Assembly: GCA_032718475.1 (NCBI GenBank) | Contig: JAUCBJ010003650.1 | Coordinates: 62,001-126,000, forward strand | Reading direction: 5' to 3' | Length of the DNA: 64,000 nucleotides | From: Nemertoderma westbladi | Taxonomy: Eukaryota > Animalia > Xenacoelomorpha | Shown: positions 41,801-55,839 of the stretch, piece after piece | Layout: every line of letters starts with the position of its first letter | Position numbering within the stretch: position 1 is the stretch's first letter | Program-made: the position numbers and the translations under genes | The notes under the pieces: generated by a model | What the model was told of the DNA's origin: nothing | Seen by the model: only the letters and a program-made list of their open reading frames with translations | Databases searched by the model: none

Positions 41801-44800
41801 GAGGGACTGGTACAGCAAACTCACCTACAATAGATAAAGTTAAAGTATATTGGGTAGGAGTAGATGGGAGGGACTGGTACAGCAAACTCACCTACAATAG
41901 GGAGATAAAGTTAAAGTATATTGGGTAGGAGTAGATGGGAGGGACTGGTACAGCAAACTCACCTACAATAGATAAAGTTAAAGTATATTGGGTAGGAGTA
42001 CATGGGAGGGACTGGTACAGCAAACTCACCTACAATAGATAAAGTTAAATTATATTGGGTGGGAGTAGATGGGAGGGACTGGTACAGCAAACTCACCTAC
42101 AATAGATAAAGTTAAATTATATTGGGTAGGAGTAGATGGGAGGGACTGGTACAGCAAACTCACCTACAATAGATAAAGTTAAAGTACATTGGGTAGGAGT
42201 AGATGGGAGGGACTGGTACAGCAAACTCACCTACAATAGGGAGATAAAGTTAAAGTATATTGGGTAGGAGTAGATGGGATGGACTGGTACAGCAAACTCA
42301 CCTACAATAGATAAAGTTAAATTATATTGGGTAGGAGTAGATGGGAGGGACTGGTACAGCAAACTCACCTACAATAGATAAAGTTAAAGTATATTGGGTA
42401 GGAGTAGATGGGTGGGACTGGTACAGCAAACTCACCTACAATAGGGAGATAAAGTTAAAGTATATTGGGTAGGAGTAGATGGGAGGGACTGGTACAGCAA
42501 ACTCACCTACAATAGATAAAGTTAAAGTATATTGGGTAGGAGTAGATGGGTGGGACTGGTACAGCAAACTCACCTACAATAGGGAGATAAAGTTAAAGTA
42601 TATTGGGTAGGAGTAGATGGGAGGGACTGGTACAGCAAACTCACCTACAATAGATAAAGTTAAAGTATATTGGGTAGGAGTAGATGGGAGGGACTGGTAC
42701 AGCAAACTCACCTACAATAGATAAAGTTAAAGTATATTGGGTAGGAGTAGATGGGAGGGACTGGTACAGCAAACTCACCTACAATAGATAAATTTAAAGT
42801 ATATTGGGTAGGAGTAGATGGGAGGGACTGGTACAGCAAACTCACCTACAATAGATAAAGTTAAAGTATATTGGGTAGGAGTAGATGGGTGGGACTGGTA
42901 CAGCAAACTCACCTACAATAGGGAGATAAAGTTAAAGTATATTGGGTAGGAGTAGATGGGAGGGACTGGTACAGCAAACTCACCTACAATAGATAAAGTT
43001 AAAGTATATTGGGTAGGAGTAGATGGGTGGGACTGGTACAGCAAACTCACCTACAATAGATAAAGTTAAAGTATATTGGGTAGGAGTAGATGGGAGGGAC
43101 TGGTACAGCAAACTCACCTACAATAGATAAAGTTAAAGTATATTGGGTAGGAGTACATGGGAGGGACTGGTACAGCAAACTCACCTACAATAGATAAAGT
43201 TAAATTATATTGGGTGGGAGTAGATGGGAGGGACTGGTACAGCAAACTCACCTACAATAGATAAAGTTAAATTATATTGGGTAGGAGTAGATGGGAGGGA
43301 CTGGTACAGCAAACTCACCTACAATAGATAAAGTTAAAGTACATTGGGTAGGAGTAGATGGGAGGGACTGGTACAGCAAACTCACCTACAATAGGGAGAT
43401 AAATTTAAAGTATATTGGGTAGGAGTAGATGGGAGGGACTGGTACAGCAAACTCACCTACAATAGATAAAGTTAAAGTATATTGGGTAGGAGTAGATGGG
43501 TGGGACTGGTACAGCAAACTCACCTACAATAGGGAGATAAAGTTAAAGTATATTGGGTAGGAGTAGATGGGAGGGACTGGTACAGCAAACTCACCTACAA
43601 TAGATAAAGTTAAAGTATATTGGGTAGGAGTAGATGGGTGGGACTGGTACAGCAAACTCACCTACAATAGATAAAGTTAAAGTATATTGGGTAGGAGTAG
43701 ATGGGAGGGACTGGTACAGCAAACTCACCTACAATAGATAAAGTTAAAGTATATTGGGTAGGAGTACATGGGAGGGACTGGTACAGCAAACTCACCTACA
43801 ATAGATAAAGTTAAATTATATTGGGTGGGAGTAGATGGGAGGGACTGGTACAGCAAACTCACCTACAATAGATAAAGTTAAATTATATTGGGTAGGAGTA
43901 GATGGGAGGGACTGGTACAGCAAACTCACCTACAATAGATAAAGTTAAAGTACATTGGGTAGGAGTAGATGGGAGGGACTGGTACAGCAAACTCACCTAC
44001 AATAGGGAGATAAAGTTAAAGTATATTGGGTAGGAGTAGATGGGAGGGACTGGTACAGCAAACTCACCTACAATAGATAAAGTTAAATTATATTGGGTAG
44101 GAGTAGATGGGAGGGACTGGTACAGCAAACTCACCTACAATAGATAAAGTTAAAGTATATTGGGTAGGAGTAGATGGGTGGGACTGGTACAGCAAACTCA
44201 CCTACAATAGGGAGATAAAGTTAAAGTATATTGGGTAGGAGTAGATGGGAGGGACTGGTACAGCAAACTCACCTACAATAGATAAAGTTAAAGTATATTG
44301 GGTAGGAGTAGATGGGTGGGACTGGTACAGCAAACTCACCTACAATAGGGAGATAAAGTTAAAGTATATTGGGTAGGAGTAGATGGGAGGGACTGGTACA
44401 GCAAACTCACCTACAATAGATAAAGTTAAAGTATATTGGGTAGGAGTAGATGGGAGGGACTGGTACAGCAAACTCACCTACAATAGATAAAGTTAAAGTA
44501 TATTGGGTAGGAGTAGATGGGAGGGACTGGTACAGCAAACTCACCTACAATAGATAAAGTTAAAGTATATTGGGTAGGAGTAGATGGGAGGGACTGGTAC
44601 AGCAAACTCACCTACAATAGATAAAGTTAAAGTATATTGGGTAGGAGTAGATGGGTGGGACTGGTACAGCAAACTCACCTACAATAGGGAGATAAAGTTA
44701 AAGTATATTGGGTAGGAGTAGATGGGAGGGACTGGTACAGCAAACTCACCTACAATAGATAAAGTTAAAGTATATTGGGTAGGAGTAGATGGGTGGGACT

Positions 44801-47800
44801 GGTACAGCAAACTCACCTACAATAGGAGATAAAGTTAAAGTATATTGGGTAGGAGTAGATGGGAGGGACTGGTACAGCAAACTCACCTACAATAGATAAA
44901 GTTAAAGTATATTGGGTAGGAGTAGATGGGAGGGACTGGTACAGCAAACTCACCTACAATAGATAAAGTTAAAGTATATTGGGTAGGAGTAGATGGGAGG
45001 GACTGGTACAGCAAACTCACCTACAATAGATAAAGTTAAAGTATATTGGGTAGGAGTAGATGGGAGGGACTGGTACAGCAAACTCACCTACAATAGATAA
45101 AGTTAAAGTATATTGGGTAGGAGTAGATGGGAGGGACTGGTACAGCAAACTCACCTACAATAGATAAAGTTAAAGTATATTGGGTAGGAGTAGATGGGAG
45201 GGACTGGTACAGCAAACTCACCTACAATAGATAAAGTTAAAGTATATTGGGTAGGAGTAGATGGGAGGGACTGGTACAGCAAACTCACCTACAATAGATA
45301 AAGTTAAAGTATATTGGGTAGGAGTAGATGGGAGGGACTGGTACAGCAAACTCACCTACAATAGGGAGATAAAGTTAAAGTATATTGGGTAGGAGTAGAT
45401 GGGAGGGACTGGTACAGCAAACTCACCTACAATAGATAAAGTTAAAGTATATTGGGTAGGAGTAGATGGGAGGGACTGGTACAGCAAACTCACCTACAAT
45501 AGATAAAGTTAAAGTATATTGGGTAGGAGTAGATGGGAGGGACTGGTACAGCAAACTCACCTACAATAGATAAAGTTAAAGTATATTGGGTAGGAGTAGA
45601 TGGGAGGGACTGGTACAGCAAACTCACCTACAATAGATAAAGTTAAAGTATATTGGGTGGGAGTAGATGGGTGGGACTGGTACAGCAAACTCACCTACAA
45701 TAGATAAAGTTAAAGTATATTGGGTAGGAGTAGATGGGAGGGACTGGTACAGCAAACTCACCTACAATAGATAAAGTTAAAGTACATTGGGTAGGAGTAG
45801 ATGGGAGGGACTGGTACAGCAAACTCACCTACAATAGGGAGATAAAGTTAAAGTATATTGGGTAGGAGTAGATGGGAGGGACTGGTACAGCAAACTCACC
45901 TACAATAGATAAAGTTAAAGTACATTGGGTAGGAGTTGATGGGAGGGACTGGTACAGCAAACTCACCTACAATAGATAAAGTTAAAGTATATTGGGTAGG
46001 AGTAGATGGGATGGACTGGTACAGCAAACTCACCTACAATAGATAAAGTTAAAGTACATTGGGTAGGAGTAGATGGGAGGGACTGGTACAGCAAACTCAC
46101 CTACAATAGGGAGATAAAGTTAAAGTATATTGGGTAGAAGTAGATGGGAGGGACTGGTACAGCAAACTCACCTACAATAGATAAAGTTTAAAGTATATTG
46201 GGTAGAAGTAGATGGGAGGGACTGGTACAGCAAACTCACCTACAATAGGGAGATAAAGTTAAAGTATATTGGGTAGAAGTAGATGGGAGGGACTGGTACA
46301 GCAAACTCACCTACAATAGGGAGATAAAGTTAAAGTATATTGGGTCGGAGTAGATGGGAGGGACTGGTACAGCAAACTCACCTACAATAGATAAAGTTAA
46401 AGTATATTGGGTGGGAGTAGATGGGAGGGACTGGTACAGCAAACTCACCTACAATAGGGAGATAAAGTTAAAGTATATTGGGTAGGAGTAGATGGGAGGG
46501 ACTGGTACAGCAAACTCACCTACAATAGATAAAGTTTAAAGTATATTGGGTGGGAGTAGATGGGAGGGACTGGTACAGCAAACTCACCTACAATAGATAA
46601 AGTTAAAGTATATTGGGTAGGAGTAGATGGGAGGGACTGGTACAGCAAACTCACCTACAATAGGGAGATAAAGTTAAAGTATATTGGGTAGGAGTAGATG
46701 GGAGGGACTGGTACAGCAAACTCACCTACAATAGATAAAGTTAAAGTATATTGGGTAGGAGTACATGGGAGGGACTGGTACAGCAAACTCACCTACAATA
46801 GATAAAGTTAAATTATATTGGGTGGGAGTAGATGGGAGGGACTGGTACAGCAAACTCACCTACAATAGATAAAGTTAAATTATATTGGGTAGGAGTAGAT
46901 GGGAGGGACTGGTACAGCAAACTCACCTACAATAGATAAAGTTAAAGTACATTGGGTAGGAGTAGATGGGAGGGACTGGTACAGCAAACTCACCTACAAT
47001 AGGGAGATAAAGTTAAAGTATATTGGGTAGGAGTATATGGGATGGACTGGTACAGCAAACTCACCTACAATAGATAAAGTTAAAGTACATTGGGTAGGAG
47101 TAGATGGGAGGGACTGGTACAGCAAACTCACCTACAATAGGGAGATAAAGTTAAAGTATATTGGGTAGAAGTAGATGGGAGGGACTGGTACAGCAAACTC
47201 ACCTACAATAGATAAAGTTTAAAGTATATTGGGTAGAAGTAGATGGGAGGGACTGGTACAGCAAACTCACCTACAATAGGGAGATAAAGTTAAAGTATAT
47301 TGGGTAGAAGTAGATGGGAGGGACTGGTACAGCAAACTCACCTACAATAGGGAGATAAAGTTAAAGTATATTGGGTCGGAGTAGATGGGAGGGACTGGTA
47401 CAGCAAACTCACCTACAATAGATAAAGTTAAAGTATATTGGGTGGGAGTAGATGGGAGGGACTGGTACAGCAAACTCACCTACAATAGGGAGATAAAGTT
47501 AAAGTATATTGGGTAGGAGTAGATGGGAAGGACTGGTACAGCAAACTCACCTACAATAGATAAAGTTTAAAGTATATTGGGTGGGAGTAGATGGGAGGGA
47601 CTGGTACAGCAAACTCACCTACAATAGATAAAGTTAAAGTATATTGGGTAGGAGTAGATGGGAGGGACTGGTACAGCAAACTCACCTACAATAGGGAGAT
47701 AAAGTTAAAGTATATTGGGTAGGAGTAGATGGGAGGGACTGGTACAGCAAACTCACCTACAATAGATAAAGTTAAAGTATATTGGGTAGGAGTACATGGG

Positions 47801-50800
47801 AGGGACTGGTACAGCAAACTCACCTACAATAGATAAAGTTAAATTATATTGGGTGGGAGTAGATGGGAGGGACTGGTACAGCAAACTCACCTACAATAGA
47901 TAAAGTTAAATTATATTGGGTAGGAGTAGATGGGAGGGACTGGTACAGCAAACTCACCTACAATAGATAAAGTTAAAGTATATTGGGTAGGAGTAGATGG
48001 GTGGGACTGGTACAGCAAACTCACCTACAATAGGGAGATAAAGTTAAAGTATATTGGGTAGGAGTAGATGGGAGGGACTGGTACAGCAAACTCACCTACA
48101 ATAGATAAAGTTAAAGTATATTGGGTAGGAGTAGATGGGAGGGACGGTACAGCAAACTCACCTACAATAGGGAGATAAAGTTAAAGTATATTGGGTAGGA
48201 GTAGATGGGAGGGACTGGTACAGCAAACTCACCTACAATAGATAAATTTAAAGTATATTGGGTAGGAGTAGATGAGAGGGACTGGTACAGCAAACTCACC
48301 TACAATAGATAAAGTTAAAGTATATTGGGTAGGAGTAGATGGGAGGGACTGGTACAGCAAACTCACCTACAATAGATAAAGTTAAAGTATATTGGGTAGG
48401 AGTAGATGGGAGGGACTGGTACAGCAAACTCACCTACAATAGATAAAGTTAAAGTATATTGGGTAGGAGTAGATGGGAGGGACTGGTACAGCAAACTCAC
48501 CTACAATAGATAAAGTTAAAGTATATTGGGTAGGAGTAGATGGGAGGGACTGGTACAGCAAACTCACCTACAATAGATAAAGTTAAAGTATATTGGGTAG
48601 GAGTAGATGGGAGGGACTGGTACAGCAAACTCACCTACAATAGGGAGATAAAGTTAAAGTATATTGGGTAGGAGTAGATGGGAGGGACTGGTACAGCAAA
48701 CTCACCTACAATAGATAAAGTTAAAGTATATTGGGTAGGAGTAGATGGGAGGGACTGGTACAGCAAACTCACCTACAATAGATAAAGTTAAAGTATATTG
48801 GGTAGGAGTAGATGGGAGGGACTGGTACAGCAAACTCACCTACAATAGATAAAGTTAAATTATATTGGGTAGGAGTAGATGGGAGGGACTGGTACAGCAA
48901 ACTCACCTACAATAGATAAAGTTAAAGTATATTGGGTGGGAGTAGATGGGTGGGACTGGTACAGCAAACTCACCTACAATAGATAAAGTTAAAGTATATT
49001 GGGTAGGAGTAGATGGGAGGGACTGGTACAGCAAACTCACCTACAATAGATAAAGTTAAAGTACATTGGGTAGGAGTAGATGGGAGGGACTGGTACAGCA
49101 AACTCACCTACAATAGGGAGATAAAGTTAAAGTATATTGGGTAGGAGTAGATGGGAGGGACTGGTACAGCAAACTCACCTACAATAGATAAAGTTAAAGT
49201 ACATTGGGTAGGAGTAGATGGGAGGGACTGGTACAGCAAACTCACCTACAATAGGGAGATAAAGTTAAAGTATATTGGGTAGGAGTAGATGGGTGGGACT
49301 GGTACAGCAAACTCACCTACAATAGATAAAGTTAAAGTATATTGGGTAGGAGTAGATGGGAGGGACTGGTACAGCAAACTCACCTACAATAGATAAAGTT
49401 AAAGTATATTGGGTAGGAGTAGATGGGTGGGACTGGTACAGCAAACTCACCTACAATAGATAAAGTTAAAGTATATTGGGTGGGAGTAGATGGTTGGGAC
49501 TGGTACAGCAAACTCACCTACAATAGATAAAGTTAAAGTATATTGGGTAGGAGTAGATGGGAGGGACTGGTACAGCAAACTCACCTACAATAGGGAGATA
49601 AAGTTAAAGTATATTGGGTAGGAGTAGATGGGAGGGACTGGTACAGCAAACTCACCTACAATAGATAAAGTTAAAGTATATTGGGTAGGAGTAGATGGGA
49701 GGGACTGGTACAGCAAACTCACCTACAATAGGGAGATAAAGTTAAAGTATATTGGGTAGGAGTAGATGGGAGGGACTGGTACAGCAAACTCACCTACAAT
49801 AGGGAGATAAAGTTAAAGTATATTGGGTAGGAGTAGATGGGTAGGGACTGGTACAGCAAACTCACCTACAATAGGGAGATAAAGTTAAAGTATATTGGGT
49901 AGGAGTAGATGGGAGGGACTGGTACAGCAAACTCACCTACAATAGATAAAGTTAAAGTATATTGGGTAGGAGTAGATGGGAGGGACTGGTACAGCAAACT
50001 CACCTACAATAGATAAAGTTAAAGTATATTGGGTAGGAGTAGATGGGAGGGACTGGTACAGCAAACTCACCTACAATAGATAAAGTTAAAGTATATTGGG
50101 TAGGAGTAGATGGGAGGGAATGGTACAGCAAACTCACCTACAATAGGGAGATAAAGTTAAAGTATATTGGGTAGGAGTAGATGGGAGGGACTGGTACAGC
50201 AAACTCACCTACAATAGATAAAGTTAAAGTATATTGGGTCGGAGTAGATGGGAGGGACTGGTACAGCAAACTCACCTACAATAGGGAGATAAAGTTAAAG
50301 TATATTGGGTAGGAGTAGATGGGAGGGACTGGTACAGCAAACTCACCTACAATAGATAAAGTTAAAGTATATTGGGTGGGAGTAGATGGGAGGGACTGGT
50401 ACAGCAAACTCACCTACAATAGATAAAGTTAAAGTATATTGGGTGGGAGTAGATGGGAGGGACTGGTACAGCAAACTCACCTACAATAGATAAAGTTAAA
50501 GTATATTGGGTAGGAGTAGATGGGAGGGACTGGTACAGCAAACTCACCTACAATAGATAAAGTTAAAGTATATTGGGTGGGAGTAGATGGGAGGGACTGG
50601 TACAGCAAACTCACCTACAATAGATAAAGTTAAAGTATATTGGGTAGGAGTAGATGGGAGGGACTGGTACAGCAAACTCACCTACAATAGATAAAGTTAA
50701 AGTATATTGGGTAGGAGTAGATGGGTGGGACTGGTACAGCAAACTCACCTACAATAGATAAAGTTAAAGTATATTGGGTAGGAGTAGATGGGAGGGACTG

Positions 50801-53800
50801 GTACAGCAAACTCACCTACAATAGATAAAGTTAAAGTATATTGGGTGGGAGTAGATGGGAGGGACTGGTACAGCAAACTCACCTACAATAGATAAAGTTA
50901 AAGTATATTGGGTAGGAGTAGATGGGAGGGACTGGTACAGCAAACTCACCTACAATAGATAAAGTTAAAGTATATTGGGTAGGAGTAGATGGGAGGGACT
51001 GGTACAGCAAACTCACCTACAATAGATAAAGTTAAAGTATATTGGGTAGGAGTAGATGGGAGGGACTGGTACAGCAAACTCACCTACAATAGATAAAGTT
51101 AAAGTATATTGGGTAGGAGTAGATGGGAGGGACTGGTACAGCAAACTCACCTACAATAGATAAAGTTAAAGTATATTGGGTAGGAGTAGATGGGAGGGAC
51201 TGGTACAGCAAACTCACCTACAATAGATAAAGTTAAAGTATATTGGGTGGGAGTAGATGGGAGGGACTGGTACAGCAAACTCACCTACAATAGATAAAGT
51301 TAAAGTATATTGGGTGGGAGTAGATGGGAGGGACTGGTACAGCAAACTCACCTACAATAGATAAAGTTAAAGTATATTGGGTAGGAGTAGATGGGAGGGA
51401 CTGGTACAGCAAACTCACCTACAATAGATAAAGTTAAAGTATATTGGGTAGGAGTAGATGGGAGGGACTGGTACAGCAAACTCACCTACAATAGATAAAG
51501 TTAAAGTATATTGGGTAGGAGTAGATGGGAGGGACTGGTACAGCAAACTCACCTACAATAGATAAAGTTAAAGTATATTGGGTGGGAGTAGATGGGAGGG
51601 ACTGGTACAGCAAACTCACCTACAATAGATAAAGTTAAAGTATATTGGGTAGGAGTAGATGGGAGGGACTGGTACAGCAAACTCACCTACAATAGATAAA
51701 GTTAAAGTATATTGGGTAGGAGTAGATGGGAGGGACTGGTACAGCAAACTCACCTACAATAGATAAAGTTAAAGTATATTGGGTAGGAGTAGATGGGAGG
51801 GACTGGTACAGCAAACTCACCTACAATAGATAAAGTTAAAGTATATTGGGTAGGAGTAGATGGGTGGGACTGGTACAGCAAACTCACCTACAATAGATAA
51901 AGTTAAAGTATATTGGGTAGGAGTAGATGGGAGGGACTGGTACAGCAAACTCACCTACAATAGATAAAGTTAAAGTATATTGGGTAGGAGTAGATGGGAG
52001 GGACTGGTACAGCAAACTCACCTACAATAGGGAGATAAAGTTAAAGTATATTGGGTGGGAGTAGATGGGAGGGACTGGTACAGCAAACTCACCTACAATA
52101 GATAAAGTTAAAGTATATTGGGTGGGAGTAGATGGGAGGGACTGGTACAGCAAACTCACCTACAATAGATAAAGTTAAAGTATATTGGGTAGGAGTAGAT
52201 GGGAGGGACTGGTACAGCAAACTCACCTACAATAGATAAAGTTAAAGTATATTGGGTAGGAGTAGATGGGAGGGACTGGTACAGCAAACTCACCTACAAT
52301 AGATAAAGTTAAAGTATATTGGGTAGGAGTAGATGGGAGGGACTGGTACAGCAAACTCACCTACAATAGATAAAGTTAAAGTATATTGGGTAGGAGTAGA
52401 TGGGAGGGACTGGTACAGCAAACTCACCTACAATAGATAAAGTTAAAGTATATTGGGTAGGAGTAGATGGGAGGGACTGGTACAGCAAACTCACCTACAA
52501 TAGATAAAGTTAAAGTATATTGGGTAGGAGTAGATGGGAGGGACTGGTACAGCAAACTCACCTACAATAGATAAAGTTAAAGTATATTGGGTAGGAGTAG
52601 ATGGGAGGGACTGGTACAGCAAACTCACCTACAATAGATAAAGTTAAAGTATATTGGGTGGGAGTAGGTGGGAGGGACTGGTTCAGCAAACTCACCTACA
52701 ATAGATAAAGTTAAAGTATATTGGGTAGGAGTAGATGGGAGGGACTGGTACAGCAAACTCACCTACAATAGATAAAGTTAAAGTATATTGGATGGGAGTA
52801 GGTGGGAGGGACTGGTTCAGCAAACTCACCTACAATAGATAAAGTTAAAGTATATTGGGTAGGAGTAGATGGGTGGGACTGGTACAGCAAACTCACCTAC
52901 AATAGGGAGATAAAGTTAAAGTATATTGGGTAGGAGTAGATGGGAGGGACTGGTACAGCAAACTCACCTACAATAGATAAAGTTAAATTATATTGGGTAG
53001 GAGTAGATGGGAGGGACTGGTACAGCAAACTCACCTACAATAGATAAAGTTAAAGTATATTGGGTAGGAGTAGATGGGAGGGACTGGTACAGCAAACTCA
53101 CCTACAATAGATAAAGTTAAAGTATATTGGGTAGGAGTAGATGGGTGGGACTGGTACAGCAAACTCACCTACAATAGGGAGATAAAGTTAAAGTATATTG
53201 GGTAGAAGTAGATGGGAGGGACTGGTACAGCAAACTCACCTACAATAGATAAAGTTAAATTATATTGGGTAGGAGTAGATGGGAGGGACTGGTACAGCAA
53301 ACTCACCTACAATAGGGAGATAAAGTTAAAGTATATTGGGTAGAAGTAGATGGGAGGGACTGGTACAGCAAACTCACCTACAATAGATAAAGTTAAATTA
53401 TATTGGGTAGGAGTAGATGGGAGGGACTGGTACAGCAAACTCACCTACAATAGATAAAGTTAAAGTATATTGGGTAGGAGTAGATGGGAGGGACTGGTAC
53501 AGCAAACTCACCTACAATAGATAAAGTTAAAGTATATTGGGTAGGAGTAGATGGGTGGGACTGGTACAGCAAACTCACCTACAATAGGGAGATAAAGTTA
53601 AAGTATATTGGGTAGAAGTAGATGGGAGGGACTGGTACAGCAAACTCACCTACAATAGATAAAGTTAAATTATATTGGGTAGGAGTAGATGGGAGGGACT
53701 GCTACAGCAAACTCACCTACAATAGATAAAGTTAAAGTATATTGGGTAGGAGTAGATGGGAGGGACTGGTACAGCAAACTCACTTACAATAGGGAGATAA

Positions 53801-55773
53801 AGTTAAAGTATATTGGGTAGGAGTAGATGGGAGGGACTGGTACAGCAAACTCACCTACAATAGATAAAGTTAAATTATATTGGGTAGGAGTAGATGGGAG
53901 GGACTGGTACAGCAAACTCACCTACAATAGATAAAGTTAAAGTATATTGGGTAGGAGTAGATTGGAGGGACTGGTACAGCAAACTCACCTACAATAGGGA
54001 GATAAAGTTAAAGTATATTGGGTAGGAGTAGATGGGAGGGACTGGTACAGCAAACTCACCTACAATAGATAAAGTTAAAGTATATTGGGTGGGAGTAGAT
54101 GGGAGGGACTGGTACAGCAAACTCACCTACAATAGATAAAGTTAAAGTATATTGGGTGGGAGTAGATGGGAGGGACTGGTACAGCAAACTCACCTACAAT
54201 AGATAAAGTTAAAGTATATTGGGTGGGAGTAGATGGGAGGGACTGGTACAGCAAACTCACCTACAATAGATAAAGTTAAAGTATATTGGGTAGAAGTAGA
54301 TGGGAGGGACTGGTACAGCAAACTCACCTACAATAGATAAAGTTAAAGTATATTGGGTGGGAGTAGATGGGAGGGACTGGTACAGCAAACTCACCTACAA
54401 TAGATAAAGTTAAATTATATTGGGTAGGAGTAGATGGGAGGGACTGGTACAGCAAACTCACCTACAATAGATAAAGTTAAAGTATATTGGGTAGGAGTAG
54501 ATGGGAGGGACTGGTACAGCAAACTCACCTACAATAGATAAAGTTAAAGTATATTGGGTAGAAGTAGATGGGAGGGACTGGTACAGCAAACTCACCTACA
54601 ATAGATAAAGTTAAAGTATATTGGGTAGGAGTAGATGGGAGGGACTGGTACAGCAAACTCACCTACAATAGGGAGATAAAGTTAAAGTATATTGGGTAGG
54701 AGTAGATGGGAGGGACTGGTACAGCAAACTCACCTACAATAGATAAAGTTAAAGTATATTGGGTAGGAGTAGATGGGAGGGACTGGTACAGCAAACTCAC
54801 CTACAATAGATAAAGTTAAATTATATTGGGTAGGAGTAGATGGGAGGGACTGGTACAGCAAACTCACCTACAATAGATAAAGTTAAAGTATATTGGGTAG
54901 GAGTAGATGGGAGGGACTGGTACAGCAAACTCACCTACAATAGATAAAGTTAAAGTATATTGGGTAGAAGTAGATGGGAGGGACTGGTACAGCAAACTCA
55001 CCTACAATAGATAAAGTTAAATTATATTGGGTAGGAGTAGATGGGAGGGACTGGTACAGCAAACTCACCTACAATAGATAAAGTTAAAGTATATTGGGTA
55101 GGAGTAGATGGGAGGGACTGGTACAGCAAACTCACCTACAATAGATAAAGTTAAAGTATATTGGGTAGGAGTAGATGGGAGGGACTGGTACAGCAAACTC
55201 ACCTACAATAGATAAAGTTAAAGTATATTGGGTAGGAGTAGATGGGAGGGACTGGTACAGCAAACTCACCTACAATAGGGAGATAAAGTTAAAGTATATT
55301 GGGTAGAAGTAGATGGGAGGGACTGGTACAGCAAACTCACCTACAATAGATAAAGTTAAATTATATTGGGTAGGAGTAGATGGGAGGGACTGGTACAGCA
55401 AACTCACCTACAATAGGGAGATAAAGTTAAAGTATATTGGGTAGGAGTAGATGGGAGGGACTGGTACAGCAAACTCACCTACAATAGATAAAGTTAAAGT
55501 ATATTGGGTAGGAGTAGATGGGAGGGACTGGTACAGCAAACTCACCTACAATAGGGAGATAAAGTTAAAGTATATTGGGTAGGAGTAGATGGGAGGGTCT
55601 GGTACAGCAAACTCACCTACAATAGGGAGATAAAGTTAAAGTACCGGGTATATTGGGTAGGAGTAGATGGGAGGGACTGGTACAGCAAACTCACCTACAA
55701 TAGATAAAGTTAAAGTATATTGGGTAGGAGTAGATGGGAGGGACTGGTACAGCAAACTCACCTACAATAGGGA
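2766..55773. repeat. Giant intronic tandem array, 67-bp unit (common 71-bp variant; rarer 64, 68, 69, 70, 78 bp), about 780 copies, derived from the intron 1/exon 2 junction
   Basis: Minus-strand consensus GTGAGTTTGCTGTACCAGTCCCTCCCATCTACTCCTACCCAATATACTTTAACTTTATC(TCCC)TATTGTAG. Period 67 measured between 2812 and 2879. The first 47 nt match the start of exon 2 except one C/T site. Copy number is estimated as ~53 kb / ~68 bp. Confidence 0.99.
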
Positions 55774-55839
55774 TTTTTTTCGCTGTTTTATATTTTTTGA
55801 AAGTTTCGTGACAGAAAACAAGTTTTACATCCATCTCAC
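55762..55839 (-). other. Unique 78-nt GT-AG intron segment (probable ancestral intron 1 of NF-kB)
   Basis: GTGAGATGG...ATCCCTATTGTAG, AT-rich. Its translation has no RHD homology. It ends at the first AG|GTGAGT junction of the array. Confidence 0.8.

Noticed and set aside
2813-55761. CRISPR array
   Set aside because: No unique spacers, no cas genes, eukaryotic context; units are head-to-tail copies.
55691-55839. C-terminal extension of the 297-aa ORF as genuine single-exon coding sequence
   Set aside because: It is read-through of the stop-free 78-nt intron into the first repeat. RHD homology resumes correctly only at 2812.
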